64,000 bases of DNA from Henriciella sp. (GTDB taxonomy: Bacteria; Pseudomonadota; Alphaproteobacteria; Caulobacterales; Hyphomonadaceae). The stretch is taken from positions 216,629 to 280,628 of the forward strand of contig JBDVMC010000025.1 in NCBI GenBank assembly GCA_039970335.1, read 5' to 3'. The translations under genes and the position numbers were made by a program. Of this stretch, positions 47,852 to 57,366 are shown one piece after another. Numbering within the stretch: the stretch's first letter is position 1; every line of letters begins with the position of its first letter. The notes below the pieces were generated by a model, which made no database searches, was not told the DNA's origin, and saw only the letters and a list, made by a program, of their open reading frames with translations.

Positions 47852-48673
47852 ATGTCCAAACCGTCCGCGCTCGGCAATGTGCTTATCGAAGCAGCTCGCA
47901 AGGCTGGCCGCTCGCTCGCCCGTGATTTCGGCGAAGTTGAATTTTTGCAGGTCACCAAAAAGGGGCCTTCAGACTTTGTGTCAGCCGCCGATCACCGCGC
48001 AGAAGATACGATCTATGAATATCTGACCAAAGCGCGCCCGGGCTATGGGTTCGTGATGGAAGAGCGTGGCATTGTCGAAGGCAGCGACAAGACCAACCGG
48101 TTTATCGTTGATCCACTTGATGGCACACTGAACTTCTTGCATGGCCAGCCGCATTATTCGGTTTCGATTGCGCTGGAACGCGAAGGCAAATTGTTTGCGG
48201 GCGTGGTCTATGACGTCGCCAAGAATGAGATTTTTTGGGCTGAAACCGGCCGCGGCGCTTGGCTTGGCCAGCGCAAATTGCGCGTCGCAGGCCGCAAAAA
48301 GCTCGAGGAAGTCGTGATCGCAACCGGCACACCTTGGCCAGGCAAATCCGAAGAATATCATACCCGCTTTGCTGCAGAGATCAGCATGATGACGCGATCC
48401 GTCGGTGGCATTCGCCGCTATGGATCAGCTGCGCTTGATCTGGCTTGGGTCGCTGCGGGTCGCTTTGACGGTTTTTGGGAAAGTGACCTCAAATCCTGGG
48501 ACCTCGCCGCTGGTATGGTCCTGGTGCGTGAAGCCGGCGGCGTCACAAGCGAACTAAACGGCAAGGGCGATCCGCTCGACACGGGCTGCATCCTCGCCAG
48601 TAATGCTGATTTGCATCCGCTCTTGGAGAAACGTCTTCGCCAAGCCAGCGCCAACTTACCAAATGTCGACTGA
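47852..48673 (+). CDS. suhB: inositol monophosphatase family protein (SuhB-like)
   Basis: FVMEERG, DPLDGTLNFLHG, WDLAAG motifs. Confidence 0.9.
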   Translation: MSKPSALGNVLIEAARKAGRSLARDFGEVEFLQVTKKGPSDFVSAADHRAEDTIYEYLTKARPGYGFVMEERGIVEGSDKTNRFIVDPLDGTLNFLHGQPHYSVSIALEREGKLFAGVVYDVAKNEIFWAETGRGAWLGQRKLRVAGRKKLEEVVIATGTPWPGKSEEYHTRFAAEISMMTRSVGGIRRYGSAALDLAWVAAGRFDGFWESDLKSWDLAAGMVLVREAGGVTSELNGKGDPLDTGCILASNADLHPLLEKRLRQASANLPNVD

Positions 48674-48866
48674 ACCTGGTCCTGAGACCGCGACGAGACC
48701 CGGTCCGATTGGCCGTCTTCGAAACGGCATTCGATGGCTGAACGCGAATAAGAAACGCTTCTTCTGGTGGTGGGTTGGATATCAGGCCGTCAAAGGTATT
48801 TTGACGCTGTCTTTGATCTGGATCCCGCTTTTGCTGCTCTGGCTGCGCAGTCGCGGCGAGGCTTAA
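48663..48866 (+). CDS. hypothetical small membrane protein
   Basis: The 67-aa reading from ATG 48663 overlaps the suhB stop by 11 nt. One or two TM segments (FFWWWVGYQAV..ILTLSLIWIPLLLLWL). Coding status uncertain. Confidence 0.35.
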   Translation: MSTEPGPETATRPGPIGRLRNGIRWLNANKKRFFWWWVGYQAVKGILTLSLIWIPLLLLWLRSRGEA

Positions 48867-49603
48867 CCGCCAAATGTCGACGCATAGGCCGAGGACGCTA
48901 GTGCCAGGCCGACCGCCGAGCCCCCCGCAATCGCGACCCGTTTCAGCAGTCTATTGATCGATAGGCGCTTGAAGAAAAATACAAAAAGCGACACCAGCGG
49001 CAGAACAAGCGAGAGGTAGATCAGCGCGAAAATGAAGCTGATTCCGGTCAGGTCCTCGTCTGGATCGCTTTCGGCGAAGGATTGCAAACCTTCTTGATCT
49101 GTAAGCGGCGCCTCACTGATCGGCTCATCGCCGAACATGTCCTGCCAGAACGCCAATTGCGGCGCCATTTCTTCGCACGAACTGCCATAGAAAGAGGCCT
49201 CAACCGCCTCGGTTTTGCATTGCCCGTTGAACTGATTGATCTCAACGATCGGCGTGGTGACCTGCACAACAATCGCAATCACGATGACCAAAAAGGCGTA
49301 CGGAATCATAAGGAACCGGAAAAAGTAGCGCGTCCCCATCGCCTCTTCGCGGGCCACAGATGACCACACAATTAACGTTCCAGACATCGCGATCGCGATT
49401 GCCATGACATCCAGGCCATTAATCGTCAGGCCGAAATTGATTTTGAAGAAACTGGCGATGAAAGGGAATATTCCCTCGAACACACTGGAGATAAATTTCA
49501 GCGGCCCAACCAGGGAAAACACCATGCCGATCAGCTTTATCAGCTGCATCGCCAAAAAACCGACGCCCAGCGTGTCCGAAATCGAACGCAGGAATTGCCA
49601 CAT
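48863..49603 (-). CDS. hypothetical polytopic membrane protein
   Basis: 246 aa with about 5 hydrophobic segments and an acidic Cys-containing loop; no family recognised. Confidence 0.55.
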   Translation of the reverse strand: MWQFLRSISDTLGVGFLAMQLIKLIGMVFSLVGPLKFISSVFEGIFPFIASFFKINFGLTINGLDVMAIAIAMSGTLIVWSSVAREEAMGTRYFFRFLMIPYAFLVIVIAIVVQVTTPIVEINQFNGQCKTEAVEASFYGSSCEEMAPQLAFWQDMFGDEPISEAPLTDQEGLQSFAESDPDEDLTGISFIFALIYLSLVLPLVSLFVFFFKRLSINRLLKRVAIAGGSAVGLALASSAYASTFGG

Positions 49604-49663
49604 GATTAGTCCCTCTCCGCAGAGACCATGGCAAAGCTTTTCAGCGTTAACAAGCGTTAAGCG

Positions 49664-50227
49664 TTAGCCGTCGAGCTCAATATCCCAATAGAGATAGTCC
49701 ATCCAAGTTTCGTGCAGATGGTGCGGCGGAAACTTCCGGCCCATTTCCTGAAGGAAGTGATTGCTCGGCCGATCCGGCTTACGGTGCGGATGCATATCGC
49801 ACTCTTTTGGCATCCGGCCACCCTTGCGCAGATTGCAGGGTGAACAAGCGGCGACAATATTATCCCATGTCGTCCGACCGCCTTTCGAGCGCGGAATCAC
49901 ATGGTCAAAGGTCAGGTCATTGGGTGAGGTACAATAGACACATTTAAAGCCATCGCGCAGGAACACGTTGAATCGCGTGAAGGCTGGAACTCGGTCTTGG
50001 CGGACAAACTCGCGCAGCGCGATGACCGATGGCAGACGCATCTCAAAGCTCGGGCTACGAACGTAATGATCGTACTCGGCAATGATATCGACCCGGTCCA
50101 GAAAAACCGCTTTGACGACATCCTGCCACGGCCACAGAGACAGAGGATAATAGGAAAGCGGGCGGTAATCCGCATTCAATACGAGAGCTGGCCGGCCATT
50201 TGGTGGGGTGGAAAGGACCTCAGCCAT
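49664..50227 (-). CDS. HNH endonuclease domain protein
   Basis: CVYCTSPNDLTFDHVIPRSKGGRTTWDNIVAACSPCNLRKG is a canonical HNH motif. Confidence 0.85.
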   Translation of the reverse strand: MAEVLSTPPNGRPALVLNADYRPLSYYPLSLWPWQDVVKAVFLDRVDIIAEYDHYVRSPSFEMRLPSVIALREFVRQDRVPAFTRFNVFLRDGFKCVYCTSPNDLTFDHVIPRSKGGRTTWDNIVAACSPCNLRKGGRMPKECDMHPHRKPDRPSNHFLQEMGRKFPPHHLHETWMDYLYWDIELDG

Positions 50228-50387
50228 GACGCAGCACCTCCTGTATGAGGGTCTGGATCATGAGGGTCTGGGGATGTCGAACCTTCGTCTTGAAAGCGAT
50301 CACTCCTTCTTCGTTGTACGTAGCATTACCGATTCGCTGTGTCGGTCATATGACAACAAGTTTGAGCGCTTTGGTCAAATCGACGGT

Positions 50388-51008
50388 CTAGTCTCGAACC
50401 GAATGCAGCCAATCATAGAGCAAATGCGCCGCAACGGCTCGGTAGGGCCGCCAGGTCTCAGCGACAGCGGAGAAGGCCTTCGAACTGAGGCGCTCATCGT
50501 CACCATTCAGTTGTCTATAGGCTTCGATGAGCGCCACATCGCCATGTGGGAAGGCATCTAGTCGGCCGAGCGCATTCATCAGAAACGTATCCGCGGTCCA
50601 GGGCCCAATCCCGCGCACCGAGAGCAGTGTTTTTCGCGCCACCTCGATCGGCTGGTTCGCCAGATCCTCGAACACCACAGTCTTTGTCTCGACAGCGGTC
50701 GCGATGGCGTTCAGGTGCGCCAGCTTTGGGCGAGACAGGCCACAGGCCAAAAGCGCATCCTGATCATCGCCAAGAATAAGCGGCGCAGTCACGACACTGT
50801 GCCGATCCAAAACACGCGCCCAGATCGCATCCGCGGCTTTTGTCGAGATCAGTTGATAGACGACGATTTGCGCGAGGGTTTGATAATCTGCCGGCCGCGA
50901 CCGCCAATTCGGCAAACCAATTTTTGCGTGGGCCAGAGCCAGCGTCGGAGCGTGCGCGGCCAAGGCTTCGCAGGCCTGCGTAAGCGTTGCGGGGCTCGGC
51001 GCTGTCAT
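50388..51008 (-). CDS. DNA-3-methyladenine glycosylase II / HhH-GPD family base-excision enzyme
   Basis: LLSVRGIGPWTADTFLM helix-hairpin-helix GPD motif with a downstream catalytic Asp (HGDVAL). Confidence 0.8.
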   Translation of the reverse strand: MTAPSPATLTQACEALAAHAPTLALAHAKIGLPNWRSRPADYQTLAQIVVYQLISTKAADAIWARVLDRHSVVTAPLILGDDQDALLACGLSRPKLAHLNAIATAVETKTVVFEDLANQPIEVARKTLLSVRGIGPWTADTFLMNALGRLDAFPHGDVALIEAYRQLNGDDERLSSKAFSAVAETWRPYRAVAAHLLYDWLHSVRD

Positions 51009-51757
51009 TTTAAGTCAGCGCGGGTTCGGCCTTGCGCCGCGAGGCCTTCGTCCAAAAGTCGCTCACTCCCTGCTTCGAGATGGCGCTCCAACTCTTTCAA
51101 CATCGCTTTGGGATTGAGATCCGGGTCGATGGGCGGCAGCACTTCATAAACCACCTTGCCCGGCGTGCGCACCATGCCATGAGCGGGCCAGCAGAGGCCG
51201 GAATTGGTCGCGAACGGCACCATCGGAACACCGAGGCTCTTATAAAAAGCACGAACGCCAGCAGGTTTGTAATCTGGTGTTGCCCCGGGTAGCGCGCGCG
51301 TACCTTCAGGATAGATCAGCATTTGCCGCGTTTCGCCGTTTACGCGCTGCTCAGCAGCCGCCAGCATCTTCTTCATCGTCTTGGCGCCGCCCAATCGGTC
51401 AATCGCCAGCATGCGCGTTTTCAGCGCGTACCAACCAAGTCCCGGATACCAGAGCAACTCCTTTTTCATCACCAAAACAGGGTCATCGAACACCAGGAAT
51501 GGGACAAACACATCGAGCATAGCCTGGTGTTTCCCAGCAATCAGGACCGGGCCACCCGAAACATGCTCCTGGCCGCGAAATTCTACCTGAACACCGCATA
51601 TCCATTTCAGGCCCAGCACAACCAACCGGGCATAGAGCCGAATGAACCAAAGCACCGCCGCGCGCGGCAGCAGCAAAGTCGGCAATGCCAAAATCGCCAA
51701 AATCGCCATCCAGCCATATAACCAGACCGCATAGAGAAAGGACCGAATTGCGTTCAC
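51005..51757 (-). CDS. plsC: 1-acyl-sn-glycerol-3-phosphate acyltransferase (lysophospholipid acyltransferase)
   Basis: HQAMLD (HX4D) and IYPEGTR motifs; N-terminal TM segment. Confidence 0.85.
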   Translation of the reverse strand: MNAIRSFLYAVWLYGWMAILAILALPTLLLPRAAVLWFIRLYARLVVLGLKWICGVQVEFRGQEHVSGGPVLIAGKHQAMLDVFVPFLVFDDPVLVMKKELLWYPGLGWYALKTRMLAIDRLGGAKTMKKMLAAAEQRVNGETRQMLIYPEGTRALPGATPDYKPAGVRAFYKSLGVPMVPFATNSGLCWPAHGMVRTPGKVVYEVLPPIDPDLNPKAMLKELERHLEAGSERLLDEGLAAQGRTRADLK

Positions 51758-52629
51758 AACGTATCTTTCAGAGAGGCCAGAACCGTCAACCGCGCCGCCA
51801 TTCGCGCTGCGATCCCAGCTGCCATCGGCGTGACGAGCAGGATGACAATATCCCAGAAATCCAAGCTGAGGCGTGGGAGCAATTGCGCCTCAACGCCTTG
51901 TCCGCCGCTGCCCGAGAACACGATGAGCGCTGTCACCATCAAGGCTGCGACCGCGCCGCCCATACCGGCCTGCAAAGCAAGCACCCAGAAGCGCCGCTCG
52001 AACAGTCCGGCAATGTATCTGTCTTCCGCCCCTGATAGGTGTAGGACGTCGACAATGTCTCTCCGTGCCAACAATGCTGCATGCGTCGCAAAGGCAATCA
52101 CTGCGATCGCTGTCGCCGAGAGGAGCGCAACGATGCAAAGCGCGACAAGCCGCAAGACGCCAAGCGCCCCGCGGACATTATCGGCATAACCCGCATTGCC
52201 CGCGACATCGCCATCAATGCCAAGCTCATTCAGAATCCTTTGGATATCCGGGCTCGGATCGCCAACCGCCATATCGGCCTGAACCACCATCAGCATCGGA
52301 ACAGGAAGACCTTCTGGCATACCGCCAGGACCCAGGCTCGGCTCTAATAGGACTTCAACCTCGTCGCGGGACAACACTCGCGCTTCGAATACGTTTGCAA
52401 GAAGATTAACCCGGTCAGCCGACTCTTCGGCCGTGCGGCGGTCCGTGTCGCGCATGACGACGGTAATGTCGCCTTCGATTTGCGCGCCCCAAGCTTCGGC
52501 AGCTTTATACGTGCCGCGCGTGGTCAGCGCCGCGAGCGCCGCGAGAAAGCACAAAGCGCCAATCACAAAGAAAAGGGCGGCTTCGCGCGCGTCAGTCGCT
52601 GGTAAAAGCGGTGTATCTCGGCGGCTCAT
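51754..52629 (-). CDS. ftsX: FtsX-like cell-division permease
   Basis: 4-TM topology and position directly downstream of, and overlapping, ftsE. Confidence 0.8.
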   Translation of the reverse strand: MSRRDTPLLPATDAREAALFFVIGALCFLAALAALTTRGTYKAAEAWGAQIEGDITVVMRDTDRRTAEESADRVNLLANVFEARVLSRDEVEVLLEPSLGPGGMPEGLPVPMLMVVQADMAVGDPSPDIQRILNELGIDGDVAGNAGYADNVRGALGVLRLVALCIVALLSATAIAVIAFATHAALLARRDIVDVLHLSGAEDRYIAGLFERRFWVLALQAGMGGAVAALMVTALIVFSGSGGQGVEAQLLPRLSLDFWDIVILLVTPMAAGIAARMAARLTVLASLKDTL

Positions 52630-53342
52630 GAAGCCCCTCCATACTCAACATCTCGCACCAGGAGGCCATTACTAAGGCGCAGAACGGGTGCATCAAACTC
52701 TCTGATCAGCTCCAAATCATGAGTCGCGATTAAAATCGTGGTGCCCACGCGCTTATTTAGTTCAGCAAAAAGACGCAATATGCGGCGCCCCATTTCAGGG
52801 TCGACATTCCCTGTCGGCTCATCTGCGATCAACAGGTCTGGCTTATTGATCAAGGCGCGGGCAATCGCGACGCGCTGTTGCTCTCCGCCTGACAATGACG
52901 GGGTCGGCGCGTCGACACGCTCGCCCAACCCGACCCAGCGCAAGAGATCGATGACCTCATTCTGATAGGTCTCCGTTTTTTGGCCAGCCACGCGCAGCGG
53001 CAAGGCCACGTTTTCAAAGGCGGTGAGATGGCTAAGCAGCCTAAACTCTTGAAAGACAACGCCAATCCGGCGGCGCATAGCCGCAAGGTCTTTGCGTTTC
53101 AGGTCAAAGGTTTGGCGCCCGAACAGGCGCACGCCGCCGCGAGTTGGGGCATGGGCAAGGTACATCAGTTTAAGCAAGGACGACTTGCCCGCACCAGACG
53201 GCCCGGTCAGGAAAGTGAAGCTGCCCTGGCGCAAAACCAGGTCAATTTCACTCAGCACTTCACCGGTACGTTCATAGGTGAGACTCACCCCGTCTAAACG
53301 CACCGCAGGTTCGTCACTGAGATCTGGTCGAAAACGCGCCAA
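52626..53342 (-). CDS. ftsE: cell division ATP-binding protein FtsE
   Basis: GPSGAGKSSLLKL Walker A, LSGGEQQRVAIARAL signature, LLIADEPTGNVD Walker B. Start proposed at TTG 53342, 7 nt after GAAGGA. The ORF opens further upstream at 53567. Confidence 0.88.
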   Translation of the reverse strand: MARFRPDLSDEPAVRLDGVSLTYERTGEVLSEIDLVLRQGSFTFLTGPSGAGKSSLLKLMYLAHAPTRGGVRLFGRQTFDLKRKDLAAMRRRIGVVFQEFRLLSHLTAFENVALPLRVAGQKTETYQNEVIDLLRWVGLGERVDAPTPSLSGGEQQRVAIARALINKPDLLIADEPTGNVDPEMGRRILRLFAELNKRVGTTILIATHDLELIREFDAPVLRLSNGLLVRDVEYGGAS

Positions 53343-53411
53343 TGTAAATCCTTCAGCAATAGGAGGTCGGGCATATCGACTATTCCTAAAAATTGAGCGA
53401 ATGTCCAAACT

Positions 53412-54074
53412 ATGATCCTCACGTGCCCAGAATGCGAGACTCAGTATTTCGCTGAAGACTCCACAATCGGCGAAAGCGGCCGAACGGTGAAGTGCGCCAC
53501 GTGCGGACATTCGTGGTTCGTCGGACCTGAAGGCGCGGGTACAGGCGCAGCAACGCTGGGCGCACACGAAGCCTATCGTTTAAAGGTCAGGGAACGCCGT
53601 CGTCGCAAAAGCCGCGCTGCAGCGCTAAGCGCATGGACGGCAACAGCAGCTGCTTTTGTGGTGGTCCTGACCGGCTTGGTGCTGTTCCGCGGTGAAGTTG
53701 TGAAGCGTTGGCCCGAATCAGCTAGCACCTATGCCGCCATAGGAATGCCGGTAAATCGCTTCGGGTTGGAGTTTATGGAGACCGAGGCTGAGCGCTTTTT
53801 CGATGGTACGACGCCGATCCTGGAAGTCCGCGGCGCCGTTCAAAATGTCACGAGCAACACTGTCGCGTCGCCTCTCGTGCGGGTTATTTTGCTTGATGAT
53901 CAAGGGGTTAAGGTCGCAGAGGCTTTTGCGCCCATCCAACCTTCTTCGATTCCCGAAGAGGCGACAGCCGTGTTCGCAGCACGTGTGGAAAATCCGCCTT
54001 TTGAGTCATTCGAGCTTGAACTCGATCTCGTTCCGGCAGATACCGCGCTTGCTGAGAACAGGTTGAGACAATAA
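53412..54074 (+). CDS. MJ0042-type zinc-ribbon protein with TM segment and DUF3426-like C-terminal domain
   Basis: MILTCPECETQYFAEDSTIGESGRTVKCATCGHSW zinc-ribbon, one TM segment; divergent from ftsE. Confidence 0.8.
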   Translation: MILTCPECETQYFAEDSTIGESGRTVKCATCGHSWFVGPEGAGTGAATLGAHEAYRLKVRERRRRKSRAAALSAWTATAAAFVVVLTGLVLFRGEVVKRWPESASTYAAIGMPVNRFGLEFMETEAERFFDGTTPILEVRGAVQNVTSNTVASPLVRVILLDDQGVKVAEAFAPIQPSSIPEEATAVFAARVENPPFESFELELDLVPADTALAENRLRQ

Positions 54075-54601
54075 TGAGCCACCCAAAATTTGAGTCCGTC
54101 CTTTCCGAAGCCGATCTAATGGCGCGGATAGACGATCTCGCAAAACGCCTCGCGCCAAAGCTGGAAGGCGAGTGGTCTGCGATCAATATCTTGATCGGCG
54201 CGACCCCGTTTACCAGCGATCTGATGAAGGCGTTGGCTCGGCTCGACATCCACCCGGTTCTGGATGCGCTTTGGCTGGAAAGCTACCGCGATGCTCGCGA
54301 AAGCAGCGGCCGCGTCGTTGTTCGGGCCGATATTGCCCGCCAAGTGAAAGACCGCGGCGTTTTGATCATTGATGATGTGTTCGATACAGGCCGCACGCTT
54401 GCCTTTGCGAAACGCCACTTGCTTGCGAAAGGCGCGCGCGAAGTTGTCACCTGCGCGCTAGCCCGCAAACCGTGGGCGCCAGAAGGCGAAGACAATGTTG
54501 ACTATCACGCCTTTGATGCCCCTGGCCGGTACCTGGTTGGATACGGCATGGATGATGCCGGCCTTTATCGCGGCCTGCCTTATATTGGCGCGATCGACTA
54601 A
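54074..54601 (+). CDS. hpt: hypoxanthine phosphoribosyltransferase
   Basis: VLIIDDVFDTGRT PRPP-binding motif and YRGLPYIG C-terminus. Confidence 0.9.
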   Translation: MSHPKFESVLSEADLMARIDDLAKRLAPKLEGEWSAINILIGATPFTSDLMKALARLDIHPVLDALWLESYRDARESSGRVVVRADIARQVKDRGVLIIDDVFDTGRTLAFAKRHLLAKGAREVVTCALARKPWAPEGEDNVDYHAFDAPGRYLVGYGMDDAGLYRGLPYIGAID

Positions 54602-55368
54602 AGCGTTCGATCCAACCATTCGAGAATATCAGCGCTAACTTGCTCGGTGCCGGGCTCGTCAACGATCCAGTGCGCATGGCGGCCATACTCGATATAGTCA
54701 CCAGGATGCGCCGCCTTGGCGTATTTCGCTCCGACTTTGCGGACAGCCTTGATCACTGTGGCACGATCATTCTTGGCGCCGATGGTCAAAGTCGGGACGG
54801 TGATCTCGCCCTCATCAATCGCGTCCGGGTTGGCGAGGTCGTGATAGACGCGGCCGCTATCGAAGAGCGCATCTGCGTAAATTTCCTCGTGGCGCTCACG
54901 CGGCACAGCGTTCAATACGCCCCAGCTAAACCCTTTCGGGCCAACTTTGAAAACGCCCCCGGGAACGTTTTTCTGCCCGACTTTCAGGATGTTCCAGAAC
55001 GTGCGCAACACTCGTAAATCTGTGACGGTGCAGCCTTCAGGTTGCGCGGGTGTCAAAAATATACCGCCGCGCGCCGCGCCGGATGCCACCAGTTTCTGGG
55101 CAATCAATCCGCCCATGGAATGTCCAATAATCACTGGAGCAACGCCATCGCGCGCCTCAATCTCATTCGCGTGTTTCTGCGCGGAGGACACATAGTCAGC
55201 CAAAGTCAGGTCGGCTAATCCATCTGGCGGCGTACTCTTCGTCCGAAGGTCGGGAAAAAGTGTTGGGCTTTCACACGTCCAACCGGCCATCGTGAAGTCA
55301 GGTTTCATGCGATCCCACACATCGCCGCCACACCCCACGCCGTGTATCATAAGAAGCGTCTTGCTCAT
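54598..55368 (-). CDS. alpha/beta hydrolase
   Basis: GHSMGG nucleophile elbow; 256 aa. Confidence 0.8.
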   Translation of the reverse strand: MSKTLLMIHGVGCGGDVWDRMKPDFTMAGWTCESPTLFPDLRTKSTPPDGLADLTLADYVSSAQKHANEIEARDGVAPVIIGHSMGGLIAQKLVASGAARGGIFLTPAQPEGCTVTDLRVLRTFWNILKVGQKNVPGGVFKVGPKGFSWGVLNAVPRERHEEIYADALFDSGRVYHDLANPDAIDEGEITVPTLTIGAKNDRATVIKAVRKVGAKYAKAAHPGDYIEYGRHAHWIVDEPGTEQVSADILEWLDRTL

Positions 55369-55450
55369 TGCGTTCGTCCTCCTGCTTGATATTTTTCAAG
55401 CAGCATAGGCGCAGTCTCACGGGTTTGGAAAGAATAGAGTTTTAGGCGAC

Positions 55451-55942
55451 CTAGACCGGCTCGCTCCACTGCGCGAACCGTTGCGCAACCTCTTCGTAAA
55501 CAGGGCGCTTAAACGGCACGATCAAGTCAGGTATTTCATCCAGCGTCGCCCAACGCCAGGCATCAAATTCCGGCTTATGCTTGTCGAGGCGGACATCGCT
55601 ATCTGAGCCTTTGAACCGCAAGGCGTACCATTTCTGCCTTTGGCCGAGATAAGGGCCACCCATTCGGCGCAGCAGGTCTGGCGGGAAGTCGTAATACAGC
55701 CAGTCATCCGTCGCTTCGAGCACATCAACGAGCTTTGCAGCAACGCCAATTTCCTCATCCATTTCGCGGAGAGCTGCGTCGACGGCTTCTTCGCCCTCAT
55801 CGACACCGCCCTGCGGCATTTGCCATTGGAACGCGCCGCGCCCATTGACCCGTCGACCAACAAAAACGTGCCCAGCCTTTGAAAACAAAGCCAGGCCGAC
55901 ATTGGCGCGATAGAGCGCTGGGTCTCGTTTCTTTTGTGTCAC
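55451..55942 (-). CDS. rppH: RNA pyrophosphohydrolase (NUDIX)
   Basis: YRANVGLALF..., WQMPQGGVDEGEEAVDAALREMDEEIG Nudix box. Confidence 0.9.
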   Translation of the reverse strand: MTQKKRDPALYRANVGLALFSKAGHVFVGRRVNGRGAFQWQMPQGGVDEGEEAVDAALREMDEEIGVAAKLVDVLEATDDWLYYDFPPDLLRRMGGPYLGQRQKWYALRFKGSDSDVRLDKHKPEFDAWRWATLDEIPDLIVPFKRPVYEEVAQRFAQWSEPV

Positions 55943-57213
55943 CCCTGCGGGTCTAAACTAGCCTGTTGAATCTGGCCAGATTTCAGTGACCGTTTGGCAT
56001 AGTGGGATGCTGGCGCGAGCAGGATGCCCTTGCCTTCCAAAGTTGGCAGCCATTCTTGCAGAATGTCGAAGGTCACCGGGAAAGGCGTACCGGTCCCGAG
56101 CGCCGCGCCTTGTTCGCGCGCCGTGGTTTCCAGCAGCATCAATTCATTCGAGATCTCATCTGCGCCCGGGCGCGCATCAATCGCGCTGGTCGCCTTACCA
56201 AAGGCCAGGCCAGACGTCTTGGCGCTCTCGCTGAACTTGGACCGCGTCAGGCTGCCATCCTCGAACATGGCGAGGCCCTTTGAGCTCAGCTCGGCCATAA
56301 TCGGATCGACAGCGTTCGCGTCTTTGGCAAATTTTGCGCCCTGATAATTCATCACACCGATATAGCCTGGTGCGCGGGTCAGCAGTCTTGCCAGACGGCT
56401 GGTATTCTCTTCTGCAGTATATTCGACCCGCATGACATTCGGGTGCGGATTTTGCCGTCCGAAATCGTAAGGCTCCATCGGCACTTCAATCAAAACCTCA
56501 TGCCCAGCGCGGCGCGCTCTTCGGACCCAGCTATAGTCTGCCGTGGGCGCAAATGAGAGTGTGACTTCTGGTGGAAGCTGATCGATCGCCGCCCGCGTTC
56601 TGGTCGCATTGGTGCCCAGACCGCCAACAATGATTGAAACCGTCGGCTTGCCTTGAGGGTTCGAAAACGCGAGCGCATTGCGAACCAGAGGCGCATTCGC
56701 CGACAGGCCCGGCACCGCGCCTTCAACGACCGGTTGGCCGTCTGTCGTTGTCATCGAAGCAGAGATCTGCACCGTCTGCGAAACCTGGCTAAGCGATTGT
56801 CCCGGCAGGACCGTTTTACCATTGATACGAACGCCATTCGAGGTGGATGTTTTTGTCGAAGCTACAGCTGAAACGGCCTGGGCGCTGCGATACTCAACCC
56901 CAAGGTCTGGCTGAGGCAGATCCGAGTTCGTCGGCGAAGGCGCCGCGGGTCTTGCCTCTGCCAGGCCAATGGCGGCCTGATAGCCGGGCAATCTCGGGTT
57001 TAAGTTCGGTGCATCGCTGGGAGCTTCGTCAAACAAAGCCATACGAACCGCTGGGCTGGCATCTGAAGACGTGCCGAGGACATGCATTGCCGAGGCGCCT
57101 GAGCCAAGCACAACAGTCAACGTAAAAGCGCCCAATGCGCTATGCACCAGGCCGCTTCGGAATGGAGATGGATCGCGCATCGAGCGAACAGACATTGAGG
57201 CTCCTGAGAACAC
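55939..57213 (-). CDS. divergent polysaccharide deacetylase family protein (YibQ-like) with N-terminal TM and Pro/Ser-rich linker
   Basis: C-terminal half (LSFAP.....RRARRAGHEVLIEVPMEP...YIGVMNYQG) matches the YibQ/DUF610 pattern. Confidence 0.75.
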   Translation of the reverse strand: MFSGASMSVRSMRDPSPFRSGLVHSALGAFTLTVVLGSGASAMHVLGTSSDASPAVRMALFDEAPSDAPNLNPRLPGYQAAIGLAEARPAAPSPTNSDLPQPDLGVEYRSAQAVSAVASTKTSTSNGVRINGKTVLPGQSLSQVSQTVQISASMTTTDGQPVVEGAVPGLSANAPLVRNALAFSNPQGKPTVSIIVGGLGTNATRTRAAIDQLPPEVTLSFAPTADYSWVRRARRAGHEVLIEVPMEPYDFGRQNPHPNVMRVEYTAEENTSRLARLLTRAPGYIGVMNYQGAKFAKDANAVDPIMAELSSKGLAMFEDGSLTRSKFSESAKTSGLAFGKATSAIDARPGADEISNELMLLETTAREQGAALGTGTPFPVTFDILQEWLPTLEGKGILLAPASHYAKRSLKSGQIQQASLDPQG

Positions 57214-57366
57214 TTAAATTGGATCAGCGTTCAGTTTGCCCGCCTAATGGTTAAGAAGAGGCAAACCCAAATTAACCTTTGCGGTGATTTGCACTGCAAT
57301 TCGAGCCGAATTCCATTACAATTCGGTCAGAGCGTCAGGTCTAGTTTTGGTATCGGATTGGGCTGT

